64,000 nucleotides of DNA, from the NCBI GenBank assembly GCA_965113315.1, contig OZ220363.1; one strand, 5' to 3'. Positions 1-14,700 of the stretch are shown here, in pieces (the stretch's first letter is position 1; each line of letters opens with the position of its first letter). The notes beneath the pieces are model-generated. The model did not search any database. It was not told where the DNA came from and was given only the letters and a program-made list of their open reading frames with translations. Origin of the DNA: Podarcis vaucheri. Taxonomy: Eukaryota. Position numbers and translations under genes: made by a program.

Positions 1-1
1 A

Positions 2-3000
2 AAGGAAAGAAACAGCATTTTGTGGACAAAGGTAAACAAGACAGTTATTCAAGACACACATTACAAAACATCTAACCTTGAAGAAGGCATTGAATATGAA
101 TTTAGAGTAGCTGCAGAAAATATTGTTGGTGTTGGCAAAGCAAGCAAAGCTTCTGAGTGTTACGTAGCGCGTGACCCTTGTGATCCTCCAGGATGCCCTG
201 AAGCTATTATTGTTAAAAGAAGTTCAATTACTCTGCAATGGACAAAGCCAGAATATGATGGTGGCAGCAAAATTACAGGCTACGTAGTAGAGAAACGTGA
301 TTTGCCTGAAGGTCGTTGGATGAAAGCAAGTTTCACCAATATAACTGAAACTCAGTTTACCGTAACAGGCCTTACTGAAGACCAACGATATGAATTTAGA
401 GTCATTGCAAGGAACGCCGCTGGAGCAGTAAGCAAGCCATCTGATAGTACAGGACCGATAACAGCAAAAGATGAAGTTGAGCTTCCAAGAATATCCATGG
501 ATCCCAAATACAAAGATGCAATTGTTGTAAACGCTGGAGAAACATTCAAACTTGAGGCTGATGTCCATGGGAAGCCAATTCCCACTATTCTGTGGTTGAA
601 AGGAGATAAAGTACTTGAAGATACTGCCCGATGTGAAGTAAGGAATACAGACTTTAAGGCCTTGATAACTGTTAAAGATGCCATACGTGTTGATGGTGGG
701 CAATATATTTTGCAGGCCTCTAATGTTGCAGGAACAAAATCAGTACCAATAACAGTAAAAGTACTGGACAGACCAGGACCTCCAGAGAGTATTCAAGTTT
801 CTGGAGTTACTGCTGACAAGTGTTCCTTAACATGGGCGCAACCGATCCATGATGGTGGCAGCGACATTTCTCACTACATAATTGAGAAGAGAGAAACAAG
901 TCGCCTTGCATGGACAATTGTTGCTTCAGATGCTGTAGCCACAATGCTGAAAGTAACAAAACTTCTGGAAGGAAATGAGTATATCTTCCGCATAATGGCA
1001 GTTAATAAATATGGAGTTGGGGAGCCTCTGGAGTCTGCACCAGTATTAATGAAAAATCCATTTGTTGTTCCTGGTCCACCAAAATCCATTGAAGTAACCA
1101 ACGTTACAAAGGATTCCATGACCGTCTGCTGGCATCGTCCAGATAGTGATGGTGGCAGTGAAATAGTTAACTACATTGTCGAAAAAAGGGACAGAGCTGG
1201 TATCAGATGGGTGAAATGTAACAAACGCCGAATTACAGACCTGCGATTAAGAGTCACAGGATTAGCAGAAGATCATGAGTATGAATTTAGAGTATCCGCT
1301 GAAAATGCAGCTGGAGTTGGAGAGCCAAGCCAAATCACTCCCTTTTGGAAAGCATGTGACCCTATGTTCAAACCTGGCCCACCCACTAATGCCCATGCTG
1401 TGGATACTACCAAGAATTCAATTACAGTAGCATGGGGTAAGCCTATTTATGATGGCGGTAGTGAAATCCTGGGATATATTGTAGAAATCTGCAAAGCGGA
1501 TGAAGAAGAATGGACAATAGTTACCCCACAGACTGGTCTGAGAGTCAATCGCTTTGAGATCAAGAAACTCATTGAACATCAAGAATACAAACTTAGAGTT
1601 TGTGCTCTTAACAAAATTGGAGTAGGTGAAGCTGCAGCAGTTCCTGGCACAGTTAAACCAGAAGATAAACTTGAGCCACCTGAACTTGATATTGACTCAG
1701 AATTAAGGAAGGGAATTGTGGTTAGAGCTGGTGGATCTGTCAGGATAAACATACCTTTCAAAGGACGCCCAACTCCTGAAATCATGTGGTCTCGAGAAGA
1801 AGGAGAATTTACAGATAAGGTTCAAATTGAAAAGGGCCTGAATTACACACAGTTATCCATTGATTACTGTGATAGAAATGATGCCGGAAAATATATCCTT
1901 AAACTGGAGAACAGCAGTGGCTCTAAGTCTGCATTTGTCACAGTTAAGGTACTTGACACACCGGGACCACCGCAAAATTTAGTAGTCAAAGAAATAAGGA
2001 AAAATTATGCTGTACTGACGTGGGAGCCTCCAGCTAATGATGGTGGGGCAAAGATAAAGAACTATGTGATTGATAAACGCGAATCAACCAGAAAAGCATA
2101 TGCAAATGTGAGCACAAAGTGCAGCAAAACAAGTTTTAGAGTTGACAACCTTATTGAAGGGGCAATTTATTATTTCAGAGTAATGGCTGAAAATGAATAT
2201 GGAATTGGTGTTCCAGTTGAAACTGCAGATGCCTCAAAAGCTTCAGAACCACCTTTGCCTCCTGGAAAAGTGACTCTCACTGATGTGACTCAGAGAAGCG
2301 CATCATTTATGTGGGAAAAGCCTGAACATGATGGAGGTAGCAGAATTGTGGGGTACGTTGTTGAAATGCAGCCAAAAGGAACTGATAAATGGAGTGTTGT
2401 TACTGAAACCAAAGTCTGCAATGCAGTTGTGTCTGGTTTGAGTTCTGGACATGAATATCAATTCCGTGTCATGGCATACAATGAAAAAGGCAAAAGTGAC
2501 CCTAGACCACTGGCAGTTCCTGTGATTGCCAAAGATCTGACCATTCAGCCAAATATCAAACTGATGTTCAATACATACACTGTACAAGCTGGAGAAGACC
2601 TTAAAGTAGAAATACCCTTTATAGCTCGACCAAAGCCTACTGTCACTTGGGAAAAAGATGGTCAGCCTCTAAGACAGACAACCAGGTTACACGTTGAAGA
2701 TACACCTACATCAACTACTTTGTATATTAAAGAAAGCAACAAGGATGATTTCGGTAAATATACTGTGACAGTAACCAACACTGCAGGCACAGCAGCAGAA
2801 CATCTTAATATCATTGTGCTAGAGAAGCCTGGCCCACCACAAGGACCTGTCCGCTTTGATGAAGTTAGCTCGAATTTTGTTGTTCTGTCATGGGAACCAC
2901 CAGCATACACAGGTGGCTGTCAAATATCCAATTACATTGTAGAGAAGCGTGACACTACTACCACTACCTGGCAGATGGTCTCAGCGACTGTTGCAAGAAC

Positions 3001-6000
3001 AACTATTAAAGTAACAAACCTTAAAACGGGTAGTGAATATCAGTTTAGAATTAGTGCTGAAAACCGATACGGAAAGAGCACCGCACTGGATTCTAAACCA
3101 GTTCTTGTTCAATATCCCTACAAAGAACCAGGTCCACCAGGAACACCATTTGTCACCATAGCTACCAAAGATCATATGATAGTACAATGGAATGAACCAG
3201 TTAATGATGGAGGAAGCAAAGTTCTTGGTTATCATCTAGAACGTAAAGATAAAAACAGCATTCTTTGGACAAAATTGAATAAGGCCCTCATTCAGGACAC
3301 AAAATATAAATCAGATGGCCTTGAGGAAGGTCTTGAATATGAGTTCAGAGTTGCTGCTGAAAACATTGTTGGCATAGGTAAGGTTAGCAAATCATCTGAA
3401 CTGTATGTTGCTCGAGATGCTTGTGATCCACCTGGCCGTCCAGATGCCATTGTTATCACAAGAAATTATATAACACTAAAATGGAAAAAACCTGAATATG
3501 ATGGTGGCAGCAGAATAACTGGATATGTTGTGGAAAAGAGAGAACTTCCTGAAGGTCGTTGGATGAAAGCCAGTTTTACAAATGTAACAGAAACAGAGTT
3601 CACAGTAACTGGTCTTGTGGAAGACCAACGATATGAATTCAGAGTAATTGCAAGAAATGCAGCTGGTAGCATAAGTGAACCATCTGAAAGCACAGGACCA
3701 ATTATTGCCAGAGATGAAATTGAAGCTCCAAGAGCTTCACTGGATCCAAAATACAAAGATGTCATTGTTGTTCATGCTGGAGAAACATTTGCTCTTGAGG
3801 CTGACATCCATGGCAAACCCATTCCTGATATTATATGGTCGAAAGATGGAAAAGAATTTGAAGGAGCAACTGCAAGAATGGAAATTAAGTCTACCATTGA
3901 GAGAACAACCCTCACAGTCAAAGATTGTATCAGAGTAGATGGAGGCATTTATACACTTAAACTGAGCAATGTTGGTGGCACAAAGTCTATACCAATCACT
4001 GTAAAAGTACTTGACAGACCTGGACCTCCAGAAGGTCCTTTGAAAGTTACAGGTGTGACTGCAGAAAAGTGTTATCTGGCATGGGGACCACCTTTACACG
4101 ATGGTGGCTCTAACATTTCACATTATATTATAGAAAAGAGAGAGACAAGTCGACTTTCATGGACACAAGTGGCATCTGATGTGCAAGCTCTGAACCACAA
4201 AGTAACCAGGCTTCTTCCAAACAATGAGTACATTTTCCGTGTAATGGCTGTCAACAAATATGGAATTGGTGAACCACTGGAATCCGAGCCTGTGTTGGCA
4301 TGTAATCCATACAAACCTCCAGGCCCTCCTTCAATACCTGAAGTTTCTGCAATCACAAAAGATTCTATGATTGTAACCTGGGGTCGTCCAGAGGATAATG
4401 GTGGTGCTGAAATTGAAGGGTACATACTAGAAAAGCGAGACAAAGATGGTATTCGGTGGACCAAGTGCAATAAGAAGAGACTAACAGACTTAAGACTCAG
4501 AGTAACTGGACTTACAGATGGCCATTTCTATGAATTTAGGGTTTCTGCTGAAAATGCTGCTGGTGTTGGTGAACCTAGTGAACCATCAGTTTTCTATCGA
4601 GCCTGTGATGCAGTGTATCCACCAGGCCCTCCAAGCAATCCAAAGGTGACAGATACCTCCAGATCATCTGTATCCCTTGCATGGAACAAGCCCATTTACG
4701 ATGGTGGCGCACCTGTTAAAGGATACATTGTGGAATTTAAAGAAGCTACTGCTGATGAATGGACAACTTGCACACCTCCATCAGGGTTACAAGGAAAGCA
4801 ATTCACAGTAGAAAAACTTAAAGAGAATAGTGAGTATAATTTCCGCATCTGTGCTATGAACTCTGAAGGAGTTGGAGAACCAGCAACTATACCTGGTAGT
4901 GTTGTTGCTGCTGAAAAAATTGAACCTCCTGAAATTGAACTTGATGCAGATCTCAGAAAAGTTGTCACCGTACGTGCTAGTGGCACATTGCGATTGTTTG
5001 TCACTATCAAAGGGAGGCCAGAGCCAGAAGTAAAGTGGGAGAAAGCAGAAGGCACTCTGAGCGACAGAGCCCAGATTGAGGCTACCAGTTCATATACAAT
5101 GTTGGTCATTGATAATGTAAACAGATTTGACAGTGGTAGATATAACCTGACCTTAGAAAACAATAGTGGCAAAAAATCTGCTTTTGTTAACGTGAGAGTT
5201 CTTGATACACCAAGTGCACCTGTGAACTTGAACATCAGAGAAGTGAAGAAAGATTCAGTGACATTAGCTTGGGAGCCCCCACTTATTGATGGTGGTGCTA
5301 AAATTACAAATTACATCATTGAAAAACGAGAAACCACAAGAAAGGCATATGCCACTATTACAAATAACTGTGCCAAGAATGTCTTCAGAATTGATCAGCT
5401 ACAGGAAGGATGTAGTTACTACTTCCGTGTCTTGGCGGCAAATGAATATGGAGTTGGTTTGCCAGCAGAAACAACTGAACCAGTTAAGGCTGCTGAACCA
5501 CCCTATCCACCTGGAAAAGTTACCCTTGTTGATGTTACACGCCACACTGCTACTATTAAATGGGAGAAACCTGAGAGTGATGGTGGCAGTAAAATAACTG
5601 GCTATGTAGTAGAAATGCAAACTAAAGGAAGTGAAAAATGGAGCACCTGCACACAAGTTAAAACATTAGAAGCAACAGTATCAGGATTAAGTATGGGAGA
5701 AGAATACACTTTCCGAGTATGTGCTGTCAACGAAAAAGGGAAGAGTGATCCAAGACAGCTTGGGGTTCCAGTAGTTGCGAAGGATATTGAAATCCAGCCT
5801 TCAGTTGAGCTCCTTTTCAATACTTTCAGTGTTAAAGCTGGTGAAGATCTTAAGATTGAAGTGCCCATCAGAGGAAGGCCAGTTCCATCAGTTAGCTGGA
5901 AGAAGGATGGACTGCCTTTAAGAGAGACAACAAGGGTAAATGTCCACACATCAAAGACATCAACCTCACTAACAATCAAGGAAGCATTGAAAGAAGATGT

Positions 6001-8732
6001 AGGGAGTTATGAATTAAATGTTTCAAACAGTGCTGGCTCTACAACAGCTTCCATTACTGTAATTGTACTGGACAAGCCAGGACCTCCAACAGCATTGCAT
6101 ATTGACAATGTCAGCAATGATAATGTAACCATATCTTGGAAACCCCCGGAGTATGATGGTGGATGTCAAATTAATAATTATATTGTGGAGAAGAGAGAAA
6201 CAACTACTACAACATGGAGTATAGTGTCTGCGGCAGTTGCACGAACTTCGATAAAAATAATTCGCTTAACCACAGGATCAGAATATCAATTCCGTGTTTC
6301 TGCAGAAAATCGCTATGGTAGGAGCACTTTCGTTGAAACTGCACCTGTTGTTGCAGAGTATCCATTTAGTCTTCCTGGACCACCTGGTACTCCCCGAGTA
6401 ACACACGCAACTAAAGCCTTCATGGTTGTAACCTGGCAAGAGCCAGTTAATGACGGAGGTAGCAGAGTACTTGGTTATCACCTTGAGCGTAAAGAAAGAA
6501 GCAGCATCCTTTGGACTAAAGTAAATAAAACCCTTATAAGTGACACACAGATGAAGGTCACAGGCCTTGATGAAGGACTAATGTATGAATATCGTGTGTA
6601 TGCAGAAAACATTGTAGGAATAGGTAAATGTAGCAAATCATGTGAGCCTGTTGCTGCAAGGGACCCATGTGATCCTCCTGGCCAACCAGAAGTGACTAAC
6701 ATTACAAGAACATGTGTCTCACTCAAATGGACCAAACCAGAATATGATGGTGGTGCTAAGATCACAGGCTATATTATAGAGCGGAAAGAGTTACCAGATG
6801 GTCGTTGGCTGAAGTGCAACTTCACCAATGTGCAAGAAACTTTCTTTGATGTAACAGGACTTACTGAAGACCAGCGATACGAATTCCATGTAATTGCAAG
6901 GAATGCTGCTGGACTATTTAGTGAGCCATCTGAATCAACTGGGCCAGTGACTGTAAAGGATGATGTTGAGGCTCCAAGAATTATGATGGATGTCAAATTC
7001 AGGGATGTTGTTGTTGTTAAAGCTGGAGAGATCTTGAAAATCAATGCCGATATTGCAGGGCGACCCTTACCAGTAGTTTCATGGACAAAGGATGGCAAAG
7101 ACATTGAAGAGAAAGCAAGAGTTGAAATTGTTTCAACGGATAACACTACTGCAATAACTGTCAAAGACTGCATTCGACGTGATTCAGGGCAATATGTGCT
7201 AACATTACAAAATGTTGCTGGAGTTAGATCGTTGGCTGTCAATTGCAAAGTACTTGATAGACCTGGTCCACCAGCAGCCCCACTAGAAATCAAAGGACTT
7301 ACTGCTGAAAAATGTCATCTGTCATGGGGACCGCCTCAAGAAAATGGAGGTGCAGAGATTGACTATTATATTGTGGAAAAGCGTGAGACCAGTAGAATTG
7401 CATGGACTCTTTGTGAAGCAGAGCATCCAACAACATCCTGCAAAGTGACAAAACTACTTAGAGGAAATGAATACATCTTCAGAGTCATGGGGGTTAACAA
7501 GTATGGTGTTGGTGAGCCTTTGGAAAGTGAAGCTGTCAAGGCCCTTGATCCATTTACTGTTCCAAGCCCACCTACATCTTTAGAGATTACTAGTGTGACA
7601 AAGGAGTCCATGACTATTTGCTGGGCAAGACCTGACAGTGATGGAGGTAATGAAATTTCTGGATATGTGATTGAAAGGCGTGAGAAAAACAGCCTGAGGT
7701 GGATACGTGTGAACAAAAAGCCCGTTTTTGATCTAAGGGTAAAATCTTCAGGCCTTCGGCAAGGATGTGAATATGAATACCGGGTATTTGCCGAAAACAC
7801 TGCAGGTCTTAGTCTTCCTAGTGACACTTCACCACTTATTAAAGCAGAAGATCCCGTTTTCCTTCCATCACCCCCATCTAGGCCTAAGATTGTGGACTCT
7901 ACAAGGTCACATATAACAATTGGATGGACAAAGCCATTATTTGATGGTGGTGCTCCTGTTACTGGATACACAGTTGAATACAAGCTAACCAGTGAAACTG
8001 ACTGGTCAACTGCTATTCAAAGCTTAAGAGGTACAGAATACACTGTAATCGGTCTTACATCAGGAGCTGAATATGTTTTCAGAGTAAGGTCTATCAACAA
8101 GGTTGGCACTAGTGATCCAAGTGATGTTTCAGAACCTCAGGTGGCAAAAGAAAGGGAAGAAGAGCCTGCATTTGATATTGACAATGAAATGAGAAAGACT
8201 TTAGTCGTGAAAGCTGGTGGCTCATTTACAATGACTGTACCTTTCAGAGGAAAGCCTATCCCTAATGTAATGTGGAGCAAGCCAGATACTGACCTTCGTA
8301 CTCGAGCAAGTATTGATACTTCAGATAACCGCACCTCAATTACTGTTGAAAAAGCAACCAGGAATGACTCTGGAAAGTATACACTAACATTACAAAATAT
8401 TGTAAGCACAGCTACTTTGACATTAGTTGTCAAAGTACTTGACTCACCAGGACCTCCATCTAATATCGTTGTAAAAGATGTCACAAAAGAATCAGCCGTG
8501 TTATCTTGGGAAGCTCCTGAGAACGATGGAGGTGCTCCTGTGAAGAACTATTATATTGAAAAACGAGAAGCAAGCAAGAAAGCTTGGGTCACTGTAACCA
8601 ACAATTGCCATCGTCTTTCCTACAAAGTTACCAATCTGCAAGAAGGTGGAATTTATTACTTCAGAGTCTCTGGAGAAAATGAGTTTGGTGTTGGAGTCCC
8701 AACTGAAACAAAGGATGGAGTGAAAATAACAG
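2..8732 (+). CDS. TTN: TTN giant A-band exon (equivalent of human exon 326), 5'-truncated by the window edge
   Basis: Open frame from base 2 with 11-domain super-repeats; donor ACAG|gtttgt at 8732/8733. Confidence 0.97.
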
Positions 8733-11700
8733 GTTTGTTCTTTTAAATATGTTAATTATATATGCATGTGAGTGCATGACTATCTACCCATGCATACACA
8801 TGCACACTAATTGTTTACAGGACTTTAGTCTTAATGTGTAATGTTTATATTACTGTTATTAATTTATTGTAAGGCAGTAATCAAAATTTTAGGTGTCTTG
8901 AAAACACCTAATAACTCTAATAATATTTTAATATAGGCATGCAAGATAAAACTTCACTATTTGTGTTTTTAATATCCGATTGGGAGCCGCACAGAGTGGC
9001 TGCGGAAACCCAGCCAGATGGGCGGGGTATAAATTATTATTAGTATTAGTATTATTAAAATGTACAGCTTTCCTGTGGAAAATATGTGCTTGCTGAATAC
9101 ATTAAAATTAAGTGGAATGCATATGACACATTTGCTCTCGATTCATCTTCTATTTATTCATTTCTTGATCATCTTCTCTTTATTTCTCAGAAAAACCAAG
9201 CCCACCCGAAAAACTGGGAGTATCAAACGTTACTAAAGATAGTGTATCTCTTGTGTGGCTAAAGCCAGAACATGATGGAGGAAGCAGAGTTGTCAGCTAC
9301 CTTGTTGAAGCCCTAGAGAAAGGGCAGCAGAAATGGGTCAGATGTGCTGTAGTCAAGACAACTCATCATATTGTCCAGGGTCTCAAGGAGAATGCGGAGT
9401 ACTTCTTTAGAGTATTTGCTGAAAACCAAGCTGGTCTAAGTGACCCCAAAGAGCTTCTTCATGCCGTTACAGTTAAAGAACAACTAGGTATGTGGAAATG
9501 GTGCATTCTTCTTGGAATCACCTCGGTGGCACTGATGGCAATTTGGCATCTGCTAAAAACAGATCATAATAACATGTCTATTTTGATCTAAAGTTGACTG
9601 GTATTTTACTTATTCTTTAAGTTTTGATGTAATTTTAATGTGTATGTGTATACTGCCTTGTGATGTTTACATGAAAGGTGGTATAAAAATAGTTTTAATT
9701 AATAAATAATAAATAGTTAGCATAGAGCTCATACAAATTCAGATGAAAATGCACTTGAAAACCATTGTTTATAACATTTTGCAAACGTATTTTTTTCAGA
9801 ATCTCCTGAAGTCGACATGAAAGGTTTCCCGAACCACACCGTTTATGTAAGAGCAGGTTCAAACCTAAAGGTAGAGATTCCAGTTTCTGGAAGACCATTG
9901 CCGAAGGTGACTTTATCCAGGGACGGCATTCCTCTCAAACCAACGATGAGGTTTAACACTGAAACCACAGCTGAAAGTGTCATCGTTAATCTCAAAGAAA
10001 GTGTGGCTACTGATTCTGGTAGATATGACATCACAGCTTCCAACTCCAGTGGAACTACTAAATCTTTCCTTAAGATTGTTGTCCTAGACAGACCAGGCCC
10101 TCCAGTTGGTCCTGTTGTTGTAAGTGATATCACTGAACAAGGTCTTACCCTTAAGTGGGAGCCACCTCGTTACGATGGCGGAAGTCAAGTTACCAACTAC
10201 ATTGTACTGAAAAGAGAAACAAGCACTGCTGTGTGGTCTGAAGTGTCTGCAACTGTTGCTAGAAACATGATTAAGATCACGAAACTAACAACCGGAGAAG
10301 AATATCAATTCCGTATTAAAGCAGAAAATCGCTTTGGCATAAGTGACCATATTGACTCAGCATGTATAACTGTGAAGCTTCCTTACAGTAAGTGACTTTT
10401 TGTTTGCTCGTTTTCTGAGTTTTTCAGGCATGTATTTGTGATTTATTAACCTGTACTTAATATTCATTTAGCACCCCCTGGACCACCTTCCACACCATGG
10501 ATCACCAACGTGACTCGAGAAAGCATCGTTGTTGGATGGCATGAACCTGTTTCCAATGGAGGCAGTGCAGTCATTGGCTACCATTTGGAAATGAAGGACA
10601 GGAACAGTATTTTATGGAAGAAAGCTAACAAAACGATTATACGCACAACTCACTTCAAGGCCTCCAATATCACCGCCGGTCTCATTTACGAGTTCAGAGT
10701 GTATGCAGAAAATGCAGCTGGTATTGGAAAAGCAAGCCATCCATCTGATGCAGTTCTTGCTATAGATGCCTGTGGTATGTAGTCTGTAGTAAAGGATAAG
10801 AATCATATTTCAAATAATGAATTTAATAGAAAATATTTATTTGGTGAGTCATTGTTGAATGAACACATTAATTCCAAATGTTTTGTTGCTGTTTCATACT
10901 GCAGAGCCGCCAAGAACCCTTCGTGTCAAAGATATTTCCAAAACATTTGTCAATCTTTCTTGGACACAGCCAGCTTTTGATGGTGGCAGCAAAATTACTG
11001 GATATATTGTTGAGAAACGTGATCTTCCAAATGGAAGGTGGACAAAAGCAAGCTTCACCAATGTCATTGAGACTAATTTCACTGTATCAGGACTGACTCA
11101 AAACTCCCAATATGAATTCCGTGTTTTTGCTAAGAACGCTGCTGGTTCAATTAGCAATCCATCTGATGTTTTAGGCCCCATAACATGCGTGGATACATAT
11201 GGTAAGAAACTAATAACGCATAACCACTGATATCCAGTTATATGTTTGAGTTTAAGGTAAATACTGTTAACAGAAATTCTAATTTGAATTCAGGGGCCTT
11301 AGCTGGGCAGCACAGTACAGTTTCAAGCTTGCCTTTCACTATCAGAGGATACTAGGAAATTATTATTTGGCACTGAATGCTGCTTTGTTATCAATCTTTC
11401 TGAGAATTTCAAAAACGTTAATATATTTTCTATTCTGCTTCTTTTTCATTAAGGTGCACCTGAAATTGATGTACCCCCAGAATATACAGAAGTAGTCAAA
11501 TACAAAGCAGACACAGCAATTAAACTGAAACTTGGCATCTCAGGAAAGCCTGTGCCTACAATTGAGTGGTTCCACAATGGTAAAGAAATACATACCAGTG
11601 CCCAGGTATCCATTGAAAACACCACAGAATCTTCAGCTATACTGATCAAAGAAGCAACCCGTATTAACAGTGGAAGTTACGAACTGAAATTAAAGAATGC

Positions 11701-14700
11701 CATGGGTTCTGCATCTGCCACCATTAGGGTACAGATACTTGGTATGTTTGGAGCATTTTCATATCATATTTTCTTCTGTCAATTCAACTAGCTGTATCCA
11801 TTATTGCCTATTTAAAATATATAATTTTCTTGCATATTAAACAGATAAACCAGGACCACCGGGTGGACCTATACATTTCAAAACTGTCACCGCAGAAAAG
11901 ATTACCCTTATGTGGCAACCGCCAGCAGATGATGGAGGTGCTGCTGTAACACATTACATTGTTGAGAAACGTGAGACAAGCCGTGTGGTATGGTCTGTGG
12001 TTTCAGAGAAACTTGAAGAATGCATTGTCACTACCACAAAAGTCATAAAAGGAAATGAATATATATTCCGTGTACGAGGCGTAAACAAATTTGGTGTTGG
12101 TGAACCGCTGGAATCTGACACTGTCATAGCTAAAAATGCATTTGGTAAGTTAAAGCAGATGGCCATTAATACCTTTTTTATTATCTCTAGGTGATTACCT
12201 ATTAGTTTATATTGACCTAATGTTATTTTTGTTTCAATAAAAATGCAGTTACACCTGGACAACCTGGTATACCAGAGGCTTCCATGATAACTAAACAGTC
12301 TATGACCATAGTCTGGAGCAGGCCAACTGTAGATGGTGGTAGCGAGATAAATGGATATTACCTTGAGAAACGGGATAAGAAAAGTCTAAGCTGGTTCAAG
12401 GTGTCTAAAGAAACCATTCGTGACACCAGGCAGAAAGTGACGGGACTAACAGAAAGCAGTGAATATCAGTTCAGAGTTTCTGCTGTGAATGCAGCTGGGC
12501 AAGGTCCCTTCTCTGACGCATCGGACTTCTACAAAGCTGAAGATCCTATAGGTAAGAAACCTTTCATTGGATTGTGCAAAAATGCAAAGGTCAAATTATA
12601 CACATTCTTGAAACTGTGTAAGGGCATCTATTGCTCTAAGTTATTGCTATTAGTTGTCAGGGTTGTCAAGTCTCGTTTTTGTTACTTGCATTTTGCAGAA
12701 AAACCTGGGCCACCTCTTAAGCTAAAAGTTGTGGATACTACAAAGACATCTGTCACACTCAGCTGGACTAAACCAGCCTATGATGGAGGAAGTGCAATTA
12801 CCAGCTATGCTATTGAAAAGAGAGAAGGGGAAGAAGAAGAATGGACTCTGGTCAGTGCAAGAGGAGAAGTGCGAACCACAGAGTATGTTGTTTCTCACCT
12901 TCAGCCAGGAATCAATTACTACTTCCGTGTAGCTGCTATAAATTATGCTGGACAAGGTGAACCCATTGAAATGACAGAAGCTGTACAAGCTAAAGACATA
13001 CTTGGTATGTAAATTCTATTATTATATTTAATATTCAGTATTTTCATCTTTTCCCCAAATACGAATTATTTTTCTTTTAACGTAATTTTATTATTATTTT
13101 ATTTTTTGCAGAGGAGGCACAGATTGATCTAGATGTTGCTCTCAGAACCTCCATTGTGGCTAAAGCAGGTGAAGATGTACAGATAATGATTCCATTCAAA
13201 GGAAGACCACCTCCAACTGTCACATGGAGAAAGGGTGACAAAAATCTAGGTGTTGATGAAAGATACAGCATTCAGAACACAGAATCGTCCACACTCCTTA
13301 GTATTCCTCAAGTCACTCGCAATGACACAGGAAAATATGTCCTCACTATTGAGAATGGAGTTGGAAAACCCAAAACTTCATTTGTGAACGTTAAAGTCCT
13401 TGACACTCCATCTGCATGCCAGAGACTGCATCTTAAACATGTTTCTCGTGGAACTGTGACATTGGTATGGGACCCACCACTCATCAATGGTGGTTCTGAA
13501 GTAACAAATTATGTCATTGACAAAAGAGATGCCACAAAGAGAGCATGGTCCTCTGTTACAGCCAAGTGCTCTAATACATCATTTAAGATAACTGACTTGT
13601 CAGAGAAGATCCCATACTTCTTCCGTGTTCTTGCAGAAAATGAAAATGGATTGGGTGAACCATGTGAAACTTCAGAACCAGTGAAAGCAGCAGAAGTCCC
13701 TGGACCTGTACGGGATCTGGCCATGAAAGATTCAACAAAGACGTCTGTCACTTTACAGTGGAGCAAACCTGAATTTGATGGTGGTAGTATCATAACCGAT
13801 TACGTTATTGAGAAGAAACTGAAGGATGAACATGAATGGTCATATGCAGGGGCAAGTAAAGCATGCGAATTTGAAGTTGAAAAACTTAAGGAGCTTTCTG
13901 TTATGGAGTTCAGAGTTTCTGCAAAGAATGAAAAAGGAAGAAGTGATTTTTCTGTAATTGGACCCATTACAGTGAAAGACTATGTAATAACACCTGAAGC
14001 AGACCTTTCTGATATACCTGGAGGACAAGTAACAGTGAGAATAGGTTATAATGTACATGTTGAATTACCATATAAGGGAAAGCCCAAGCCAACTATGAGC
14101 TGGCTGAAAGACAACATTCCTCTTAAAGAAAGTGAACAGGTTCGCTTCAAGAAAACTGAAAACAAAATAACTTTAAGCATTAAGAATGTGAAAAAAGAAA
14201 ATGGTGGCAAATATACCTTAATTCTTGATAATGGTGTTCACAGGAAGTCATTCCCAATCACAGTTATAACACTTGGCCCACCATCTAAGCCCAAGGGACC
14301 CATTAAACTAGACGAAATCAGAGCAGATAGTATGGTTCTTTCATGGGGTGTTCCTGAAGATGATGGGGGAGGAGAAATCACCGGCTACAGCGTTGAGAAG
14401 CGTGAAACCTCACAGACCAACTGGAAAATGATCTGTTCTAGTGTGTCAAGGACAACCTTCAAAGTTCCCAACCTTGTTAAAGATGCAGAGTATCAGTTCA
14501 GAGTCCGCGCAGAAAACAGATACGGAGTGAGCCCACCACTAAACTCCATTGAGGTCATAGCAAAACACCAGTTCAAACCACCAGGTTCACCCGGGAAGCC
14601 TGTTGTTTACAATGTGACAGCTGATGGAATGACCATATCTTGGGATGCTCCAGTCTATGATGGAGGAGCAGAAATTACTGGATACCATGTTGAAAAGAAA

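Noticed and set aside
8733-8746. Apparent premature stops at the ends of TTN ORFs
   Set aside because: All lie in introns just past GT donors; the spliced frame is intact, so this is not a pseudogene.
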